A stretch of DNA of 64,000 nt from a bacterium (GTDB lineage Bacteria > RBG-13-61-14 > DATKZS01): the NCBI GenBank assembly GCA_963674965.2, contig CAXXFL010000007.1:224001-288000 (forward strand). The letters are read 5' to 3'. This document shows positions 57,119 through 64,000 of the stretch, piece by piece. The notes under the pieces are model-generated. The model was not told the origin of the DNA, searched no databases, and worked only from the letters and a program-made list of their open reading frames with translations. Numbering within the stretch: position 1 is the stretch's first letter; every line of letters begins with the position of its first letter. A program made the translations under genes and the position numbers.

Positions 57119-58526
57119 CCATACTCAGGAAAAGACCACCCGCTCGAGGGAATGGGCCATCGTCGCCGCTCTAACCGCCCTGGCGGCCGCCGTCAGGCTG
57201 ATTGGACTTAACCAGGGCCTTTGGTACGACGAGATATTCTCGCTTTTGCGCTTCTTCCGCGCTCCCCTTTGGACGCTGGTGACCGGGATGCCCGACCCGA
57301 ACCATCACCCGCTTTACTCGCTTCTGGGCAAGCTCTGCCTTAACGCGCTGGGCGACTCCGAATGGGCCCTTCGACTTCCGTCATTTATCGCGGGAACGGC
57401 GTCCGTCCCTCTCCTTTACTTTCTCGGATCGAGGCTAATTAACCGCGCCGTCGGAATAACGGCCTCCATTTTGCTCATTGTTTCCTTCTGGCCCGTATGG
57501 TTCTCTCAGGACGCGAGAGGCTACGCGCTCGAGATATTTTTCTCCATCATCTCGTGGGGCATGTTCCTGATTGTCCTCCGAAAATGGAGCCTCTTTTACG
57601 CCGCCATTTACGTCGTTTCAACGGCGGCCATGGTTTATTCCCATCTTTACTCGTGCTTCATGCCTCTGGGACATCTGGCCGCGGCCTTATTTCTCACCTT
57701 TTTCAAAAAAGGCCTCGGCGTCGATCAAAACGAAACGACCGCCGGGAAAGCCGCCCTGACGGCCGCCGCTTCTCTGGCCCTGGCCTCGGCGCTTTATCTT
57801 CCCATGGCTTCCGATTTTCTCAATTTCTCTCGCTCCGAGGGCCAGAGGACGATGGGAAGGGCCATGGACTTATCCTTCCTCACGAGCCTCCTTGTAAACT
57901 GGTCCGCCGGTCCGGGCCGGACCTTGCTATCTATCCCGGCCCTGGCCGCCGCCGCGGCCGGCGTGGTTTTCACGGCCAAGGAGAACAGAGAAGTCCTCAT
58001 CTCCTGGGCGCTTCCTCTTTCGTTGGGGTTCGCGGCCCCCCTGATAACGGGCACTTTCACCTATCACCGTTTCTACTGCTTCGCCATGCCCGGTTTCATC
58101 CTTTTCATGGCCCTGGGACTGGTAAGGTTGGCCGGCAAAGCGAAAAGACCCGCGCCGGCCATGGCGGCGGCGACGGCCCTGATCGTTTTGACTTTTCTGC
58201 CGTCGCTTTACGAGTACAACAAGATCGGCAAGCAGGGCCTGAAACGGGCGGCCGAGTGGGCCCGGACGGAGGCGCCCGATTCCAGGGTATTGGCCATGGG
58301 CCTTTCGGGCGTGGTCTTCCGCCACTACTGTCCCCGGGCGGCTCCCGTCTATCCAAGAGGCCCCATCAGCCGCGACGTGGTTCGAGGAGCGGTCGTCGTT
58401 ATAACCCATCCCTATTCGGTGGGAAAGGAAAACCTTGCTCTCCTGTCGGATAACTGCCGCGAGCCCATGGTAATCAAGTCCGCGGGATACGAGGAAAACG
58501 AGGTGAGGATTTATGACTGCCGATAA
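57093..58526 (+). CDS. GT-C glycosyltransferase (GT39/ArnT-like), paralog 2
   Basis: WYDE, HHPLY, LRLP, SQDARGY; many TM segments. Confidence 0.87.
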   Translation: MTKMTATGNHTQEKTTRSREWAIVAALTALAAAVRLIGLNQGLWYDEIFSLLRFFRAPLWTLVTGMPDPNHHPLYSLLGKLCLNALGDSEWALRLPSFIAGTASVPLLYFLGSRLINRAVGITASILLIVSFWPVWFSQDARGYALEIFFSIISWGMFLIVLRKWSLFYAAIYVVSTAAMVYSHLYSCFMPLGHLAAALFLTFFKKGLGVDQNETTAGKAALTAAASLALASALYLPMASDFLNFSRSEGQRTMGRAMDLSFLTSLLVNWSAGPGRTLLSIPALAAAAAGVVFTAKENREVLISWALPLSLGFAAPLITGTFTYHRFYCFAMPGFILFMALGLVRLAGKAKRPAPAMAAATALIVLTFLPSLYEYNKIGKQGLKRAAEWARTEAPDSRVLAMGLSGVVFRHYCPRAAPVYPRGPISRDVVRGAVVVITHPYSVGKENLALLSDNCREPMVIKSAGYEENEVRIYDCR

Positions 58527-59259
58527 GCACGAACAAAACGAGGACGCCCTGGCCCAAATCGAAGCCCTCGACTCGGTGAGGATTCTCCGCATGAGGCACG
58601 ACCCCGACAACCGCTTCAGCGCCCCTTTTATCAAGGCCCTTAACCTCGCTCTGGACGAGATCGAGGCTGACGGCTCCGCCAGGTCGGCGGTGATAACGGG
58701 AGCGAGGGACAAATACTTTTCCAACGGCCTCGACTTAACCTGGATCGCCGGGCGGACCGTCCAGGAATGGGGACCGTTCCTCGAGAGCTTCGTGTTTCTG
58801 CTCGACAGGGTCCTCACGTTCCCCAAGCCGCTGGTGGCGGCCATTAACGGCCACGCCTTCGCGGGAGGGGCCTTCCTCGCCTGCGCCGCCGACTGGCGCG
58901 TGATGAGGTCCGACCGAGGCTGGTGCTGCATACCCGAGATCGACCTCCGCCTCGACCTTCCTCCCGGCCACCTGGCCCTCCTTTCCTACGTGGTGGGAAA
59001 AAGGAACTGCGACCGCCTGAGCCTGACGGGGGAAAGACTGACCGCCGCCCAGGCCCTCGAGCTGGGGCTGGTGGACGAGACGGCGGAAAAGGACGAGGTC
59101 CTGCCCCGGGCCGTGGAGATGGCCAAAAGGCTGGGAACGAAAAACCAAGAACAGTACGCCAGACACAAGCTCAACTTAAGAGCGGAGCCTTCCCGCGCCC
59201 TCCGGATCGAGGACCCTGAATATATTAATGCCATGCTGAAAGAAAAAAAGTTCACCTGA
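58513..59259 (+). CDS. Enoyl-CoA delta-isomerase-like crotonase
   Basis: YFSNGLDL, AINGHAFAGG, IPEIDL. Confidence 0.88.
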   Translation: MTADKHEQNEDALAQIEALDSVRILRMRHDPDNRFSAPFIKALNLALDEIEADGSARSAVITGARDKYFSNGLDLTWIAGRTVQEWGPFLESFVFLLDRVLTFPKPLVAAINGHAFAGGAFLACAADWRVMRSDRGWCCIPEIDLRLDLPPGHLALLSYVVGKRNCDRLSLTGERLTAAQALELGLVDETAEKDEVLPRAVEMAKRLGTKNQEQYARHKLNLRAEPSRALRIEDPEYINAMLKEKKFT

Positions 59260-59299
59260 CGGACGATCGCCCGGTCCTTTCCCGGGCGGGTCAATAGGT

Positions 59300-60760
59300 T
59301 TACTCGGACCTTTTTCTCCTCCACTCCCAATACGCGGCGAGCGCTCCCAGGGCCCTGGCGGCCCGCTCGGGAGTGGGATAGGCCGGCGCGCCGTTGTCGG
59401 TAAAGGCCCGAAAGCCGTCCTCCCCCGGACCCATCAGGGAGGCCATCACCAGGGGCTTTCCAACCTCTTGGGGAATCCTGGCCACCTTGCCGGCCATGGC
59501 CCGAAGCATCTCGAGCACCGGGTCCATGTTGAGGGACGGGAAGTACTCGGTTATGGTCTCGCGGCGTCCCTCAAAGAACCCGCTGATAAAAAAGCCGTAG
59601 ACGATAACGGCGTCGATCTCGTCCGACTCGAGGGCCTGGCGGGTCACGCGTCCGAACCGGTTCATGTCGGTGTCGAAGGTGAAATCGATGGGGTTGGCCA
59701 CCGCGCCGGTGGAGGGCATGGTTTTAAGGAACTCGGCCTGGAGTTTTTCCGAGAACCTGGGAAGCTCGAGTCCGACTTTTTCACAGGTATAGGCGGCGCT
59801 GCTTCCGGGCCCGCCCGAGTTGGTGACTATGGCCACCCTGCGCCCTCCCATGGGAGGCGCCTGGGAAAGGACGCGGGCGAAATCGAAAAGCTCCCCTATC
59901 CCGTTGGCCCAGACAATGCCGCACTGCCTGAACAGTCCTCGCGCCAGGTCCTCGGGCACGCCCAGGGCCGCCGTGTGAGAGGCCCCCGCCCGGGCGCCCG
60001 CCTCGTTGCCGCCCACGAAATGCGCCACCACGGGCTTTTTCAGGGACGTGGCCCTGGCGGCCTCGATGAATTCCCTGCCCCGCCTGATCCCCTCGATATA
60101 AAGGGCCACCGCCCTGGTCTCGTCGTCCTCCCTGAAAAAATCCAGGGCGTCCACCATGTCCACGTCTCCCTCGTTGCCCAGGCTGAGGGCAAAGCGCAGG
60201 TTGAAGCCGGGCTCGAGTTCCTTCATGTAGGGGAATATCTGGGTGGTGTAGCTGCCGCTATGGGACGCGAGGCTGATCGAGCCAGGCTCGAGCCTGGCGC
60301 TGAAGGTGGTGGTGTTAAGCGGCAGGTGCGCGTTCACCAGTCCCAGGCAGTTGGGACCTATTATCCGGATGCCATGGCGCCGCGCCGTCTCGAGCATCTT
60401 TTCGTTCAGGGTCCTGCCCTCCTCGGTGGCCACCTCCTCGAAGCCCGCCGTGGTGACCACCGCGTGCCGCGTGCCCTTCTTGCCCAGGTCCTCGAGCACG
60501 GCCGGGACCGCCGCCGCCGGGATGACGATCAAGGCCAGATCGACGGGACCGGGAACGTCGCTCGCCCGCTTGTACGCCCTTTGTCCGAGCACCTCCTCCT
60601 GAGTGGGGTGGATAAAATGGACCTTTCCTGGAAAGCCGCCGCCGATGATGGCCAGGGCCTGCATGGTCCCCATCTTCATGGGACCGGAAGCCCCGTAGAC
60701 GGCCACGGACCGGGGATTTAGCATGTCGAATAAAAAATGAGACAACTCCAGCACCTCCAT
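59300..60760 (-). CDS. ADP-forming acyl-CoA synthetase alpha subunit (CoA-binding and ligase domains, no ATP-grasp)
   Basis: PRSVAVYGAS, IGPNCLG, LGNE, LYIEG, ASHT phospho-His, TNSGG, NPID. Confidence 0.9.
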   Translation of the reverse strand: MEVLELSHFLFDMLNPRSVAVYGASGPMKMGTMQALAIIGGGFPGKVHFIHPTQEEVLGQRAYKRASDVPGPVDLALIVIPAAAVPAVLEDLGKKGTRHAVVTTAGFEEVATEEGRTLNEKMLETARRHGIRIIGPNCLGLVNAHLPLNTTTFSARLEPGSISLASHSGSYTTQIFPYMKELEPGFNLRFALSLGNEGDVDMVDALDFFREDDETRAVALYIEGIRRGREFIEAARATSLKKPVVAHFVGGNEAGARAGASHTAALGVPEDLARGLFRQCGIVWANGIGELFDFARVLSQAPPMGGRRVAIVTNSGGPGSSAAYTCEKVGLELPRFSEKLQAEFLKTMPSTGAVANPIDFTFDTDMNRFGRVTRQALESDEIDAVIVYGFFISGFFEGRRETITEYFPSLNMDPVLEMLRAMAGKVARIPQEVGKPLVMASLMGPGEDGFRAFTDNGAPAYPTPERAARALGALAAYWEWRRKRSE

Positions 60761-61038
60761 AGATTAAGTTCCAAGCTTATACCCCTTATACGGACGGGGC
60801 AAAGTCCAAGGCGCGGGCGGCTGATTGGATGATTTGGGTTACCCGTTCGATTCCATGGGAATTTTCGCGGCCGGTTCAATCCGGATCGAGTAAGCAATTG
60901 AAATCACGTCTTTTTTGACCGCCCGTAAAATTAAAGGAATTTAATGCTCCTTGATTTGGGCCGGATTTTGGTGCTATAAAGAAACCGTAGTTCCGCGTCA
61001 GTCGCGCCTTTCAAATTTCTCATTCAGGTGGTATTCGC

Positions 61039-61437
61039 ATGGAAAGACGACTAAGGATTCTGGTGGCCAAGCCCGGTCTGGACGGCCATGACCGCGGCGC
61101 CAAGGTGGTGGCCCGCGCCCTCCGGGACGCTGGGGCCGAGGTAATATACACGGGTCTTCATCAGACCCCGGAGATGATAGTGGAGGCGGCCATTCAAGAG
61201 GACGTGGACGCCGTGGGTCTGTCCGTGCTCTCGGGCGCCCACATGACCCTGTTCCCCGCGGTTATCAACGGGCTGCGGGACAAGGGCATAAGCGACGTGG
61301 CCGTCTTCGGCGGCGGCATCATCCCGGAGGACGATATTCCGCGGCTCGTGGAGTTGGGCGTGAAAAAGATATTCCTTCCCGGCTCCCCCATGAAGGACAT
61401 AGTGGATTTCATGAACGGCGAGCTTAAGCCGCGTTGA
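61039..61437 (+). CDS. Cobalamin-binding small subunit of an acyl-CoA mutase (methylmalonyl-/isobutyryl-CoA mutase-like)
   Basis: [10 protein letters not shown] (DxHxxG), [14 protein letters not shown]. Confidence 0.93.
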   Translation: MERRLRILVAKPGLDGHDRGAKVVARALRDAGAEVIYTGLHQTPEMIVEAAIQEDVDAVGLSVLSGAHMTLFPAVINGLRDKGISDVAVFGGGIIPEDDIPRLVELGVKKIFLPGSPMKDIVDFMNGELKPR

Positions 61438-61565
61438 CGAATGGGTCTTATCGTCCCGGCTTTTTATCCATGGATATGTTTTCGGCGTCCGCGGGCGGGC
61501 GGACTTTACGTCGTAAAAGGTAGTAAAGGTAATTTCAAATCCATCAACCAAGGAGGTAAAAGCAA

Positions 61566-62987
61566 TTGATAAAATTCAGCGAACGGCAACTGAAGACGCC
61601 GAGGTTCATGCGGCCGGTATACATGGTCACCGGCGGCATGAGCCAGTTTGGCCGCGCCTTCCCCGAGAAGCGCACGGAGGAGCTTTGCATCGACGCCCTG
61701 ACCATGGCGGCCGAGTTTATCGGCAAGAGCCCGGCCGAGCTTAAGCGTTACATCCACTCGTGCTATTACGGGCATTTCGCCGACCACTTCGGCGACCAGC
61801 TTCTCGGCGAGTCCGTCATCCACGACCGCCTCGGTCTCGATCCCCTCGGCAACGTGGGCGTTAAGACCGGCGGGGCCACCGGCGGCTCGACCATTTGGGA
61901 GGCGGCCAAGGCCGTGGCCTCCGGATATTCCGACTGCGCGCTGGCCATGGGATGGGAGAGGATGGACGAGGTCCCCACCGACGAGGGCAACCACCTCATC
62001 TCCTGCGCCGCCGACAAGGACTGGGAAACGCCGCTGGGTCACATTTACACCGGCTACTACGCCACCATGGCCCAGCGCTACTGGCAGATATTCGGCAAGA
62101 GCGAGGACTCCTTCCGCAACACCATGGCCGAGATATCGGTCAAGAACCACGGGTACGCCGTGAGCAACCCCTTTGCCCAGGCCCCCATGCGCATCACCGT
62201 CGAGGACGTGCTCAAGTCACCGGTGGTTGCCCATCCCCTCCTGGCCCTCGACGCCTGCCTCATGAGCGTGGGCGCGTCCTGCGTGATACTGGCGGACGAG
62301 AAGACGGCCCACGAGATGTGCGACAATCCTCTCCGCCTTTACGTGACCGCCGGCTCGCACACCCTGCGCGTGGCGGACAGGCGTCACATGGATATTCCTC
62401 TGCTGCCCAACGAGAGCGAGGACCAGTACAAGGACTTCGGCGAGCGTTTCCCCGGCGGCGACCGTTACCCGGGCTTCACCGGTTTCCTGGCGGCCCGGAT
62501 CGCGGCTTATTACGCCTACCGCATGTGCGGGATCAATGACCCCTGCGAGGACCTGGACCTGGTCGAGCTTCACGACGCCTTTACCATCTCGGACATCCAG
62601 ACCTACGAGGACATCGGGATCAGGCCCTACGGCGAGGGCAGGGACTACGTCGAGAGCGGGGACTGCTACCTTAAGGACCCCAAGACCGGGAAACCGGGAA
62701 GGCTCCCGTCCAACATCTCGGGCGGGCTGCTCGGGTGCATGCACGCCGTGGGCGCCACGGGCATCATGCAGGTGGTCGAGTGCGGCCTCCATATCTGGAA
62801 CCGGCACGCCGAGATACACGGCGACGAGGCCAGGTGGAAGTCCTTTGGCAAGGAAAAGCCGGGCGACTGGGAGGACCTTCAGGTGCCCGGCGCCAAGAGG
62901 GCCCTGGCCATCAGCCACGCGGGCGTCGGCTCCCACGTGACCTGCACCATCTTGATGGACCCGAACCATCTTTTAAAGGAGGACTGA
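61566..62987 (+). CDS. SCP2/archaeal-type thiolase-fold protein lacking the nucleophilic Cys
   Basis: AAGGAGG RBS with TTG start; KTGGATGG, GWERM, KNH...NP.AQ, ELHDAF, MHAVGATG. Confidence 0.9.
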   Translation: MIKFSERQLKTPRFMRPVYMVTGGMSQFGRAFPEKRTEELCIDALTMAAEFIGKSPAELKRYIHSCYYGHFADHFGDQLLGESVIHDRLGLDPLGNVGVKTGGATGGSTIWEAAKAVASGYSDCALAMGWERMDEVPTDEGNHLISCAADKDWETPLGHIYTGYYATMAQRYWQIFGKSEDSFRNTMAEISVKNHGYAVSNPFAQAPMRITVEDVLKSPVVAHPLLALDACLMSVGASCVILADEKTAHEMCDNPLRLYVTAGSHTLRVADRRHMDIPLLPNESEDQYKDFGERFPGGDRYPGFTGFLAARIAAYYAYRMCGINDPCEDLDLVELHDAFTISDIQTYEDIGIRPYGEGRDYVESGDCYLKDPKTGKPGRLPSNISGGLLGCMHAVGATGIMQVVECGLHIWNRHAEIHGDEARWKSFGKEKPGDWEDLQVPGAKRALAISHAGVGSHVTCTILMDPNHLLKED

Positions 62988-62988
62988 G

Positions 62989-63570
62989 ATGAGCGACAAA
63001 CCCGAGGTATGGGTGGAGAAAAACGCTTACCGGATCAAGGGCGACTTCCACGTTATCCAGCCCAACCAGCCCATCCGGAAGGGCGACAAGCTCTGCGGGG
63101 TCACCAACCCCAGGCAGATGACCTATATTCACAGCTACGGCGGCGAGTACGAGTTCTTCGACGGAGTGGCGAAGGGAAAGCTCCTGGCCACGCGCTGCGA
63201 CAACGACGCCTGCGAGTTCAAGGGGACCGTCCATCTTCCCTTCCGTATTCATTGCCCCGACTGCCTTAAAAAGATGACGACGATCGACGTGACCGACGCG
63301 GCCAGGAAGACGGCCAGGATTTATTCCTATATCATCACCTCGCGCACTGGGGCCTTCAACACCCTGGACAAGCCCATCAAGTTCATCGACGTCGAGATCG
63401 ACGGCGTGGCCACCATGATAAAAAGCTACATGCTGGCGGGCGAGCCGGCCATCGGCGTCAGGCTGGTTCCCATCTTCAGGACCAAGGACCCGACCTATAC
63501 CATTACCGACCTGGCCTGGGTGGCGGAGGGGACGGGCGAAAAAGACCTGCCCAAAGGCTTTACCTTTTAG
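62989..63570 (+). CDS. DUF35 Zn-ribbon/OB-fold protein (thiolase partner)
   Basis: LLATRCDNDAC...PFRIHCPDC, then OB-fold strands. Confidence 0.88.
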   Translation: MSDKPEVWVEKNAYRIKGDFHVIQPNQPIRKGDKLCGVTNPRQMTYIHSYGGEYEFFDGVAKGKLLATRCDNDACEFKGTVHLPFRIHCPDCLKKMTTIDVTDAARKTARIYSYIITSRTGAFNTLDKPIKFIDVEIDGVATMIKSYMLAGEPAIGVRLVPIFRTKDPTYTITDLAWVAEGTGEKDLPKGFTF

Positions 63571-63590
63571 CTTGTAAACCTTGTTCGGAC

Positions 63591-63628
63591 AACGGCGCCG
63601 CGGGGTATCTCCTCGCGGCGCCGTTTTA
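63591..63628 (+). terminator. Intrinsic terminator after thiolase-DUF35
   Basis: AACGGCGCCGCGGGG-TATCT-CCTCGCGGCGCCGTT followed by TTA. Confidence 0.8.
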
Positions 63629-63634
63629 TCTTTG

Positions 63635-64000
63635 TCATCCCCGCCTTTGGCGCCGCTTGAAAAGCCATAGAGAGAATATCAAGGTCAGGGCCGCGAATAC
63701 CCACCAGAAAATAAATATCGGTAACCATTCATCCTCGAACCCCCCATATCGGGCGTAATGGTCGAAATTTAACACGAAGCCCAGAATTGGAGATAAAGCC
63801 TGCTGCCAGTCGTCCTGGGTATTAAGAATGTCAAGCTCATCCAAAAGCGCCATACCCAGGGACAGGCCGATGAAAATAATCAAGTTTATCGCGTAGCTTA
63901 AAATCATGGATACGTTTGATTTTCTGGAAACGATGGATGAGAACAGTCCCACCGCCGAGGTGAGGGCCACGCATAAAGCGAGGGTCCCAAGGAAGGAAAC
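63635..64000 (-). CDS. C-terminal part of a multi-TM membrane protein (ABC-2 permease-like), truncated by window edge
   Basis: Frame open to 64000 (VSFLGTLALCVALTSAVGLFSS...); hydrophobic helices; ends LFKRRQRRG. Confidence 0.65.
   Translation of the reverse strand, partial: VSFLGTLALCVALTSAVGLFSSIVSRKSNVSMILSYAINLIIFIGLSLGMALLDELDILNTQDDWQQALSPILGFVLNFDHYARYGGFEDEWLPIFIFWWVFAALTLIFSLWLFKRRQRRG

Noticed and set aside
60761-61038. Cobalamin riboswitch upstream of the B12-binding gene
   Set aside because: No B12-box-like conserved elements seen; only promoter-like AT-rich sequence

Overview
GC-rich (roughly 60-65% by eye), densely coded bacterial chromosome window, probably a diderm 'deltaproteobacterium' (Myxococcota/Desulfobacterota-like). 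That placement is inferred from the MshEN protein, a MYXO-CTERM-like surface protein plus barrel pair, the VKOR-DsbA fusion and the delta-type DnaK. Contents in order: recN (5' truncated)-pmbA-PP2C phosphatase-Ser/Thr kinase; an MshEN protein; two AT-rich orphan genes; a DUF707/GT4 fusion; surface protein-barrel-truA-lipoprotein; a ~15 kb minus-strand envelope run (bamA-skp-lpxA-lpxI-gnnA-like-msbA-lpxK-lpxL-lpxL-moxR-dctQ-dctM-beta-propeller); trpB2; DUF89; secG; tRNA-Leu(GAG); accessory secreted proteins and a Tat/GMC oxidoreductase pair; trpG/pabA; a polyprenol kinase-like gene; VKOR-DsbA; hrcA-grpE-dnaK-dnaJ; ruvX-mltG; a sialidase-like protein; GDPD; aroC; and an acyl-CoA/glycosylation block (two crotonases, nucleoside phosphorylase, two GT-C genes, ACD alpha subunit, B12-binding subunit, Cys-less thiolase, DUF35). 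I saw no integrase, transposase or CRISPR array. Best leads: (1) an atypical lipid A cluster lacking lpxD/fabZ/lpxB/waaA whose two LpxL paralogs both have HxxxxT instead of HxxxxE/D; (2) a TRAP transporter with no DctP but an adjacent secreted beta-propeller; (3) a surface protein with an in-frame AT-rich core; (4) a Cys-less thiolase/DUF35/B12 module; (5) apparent CTCGAG enrichment in native genes. All family calls come from motif recognition by eye, with no database searches.
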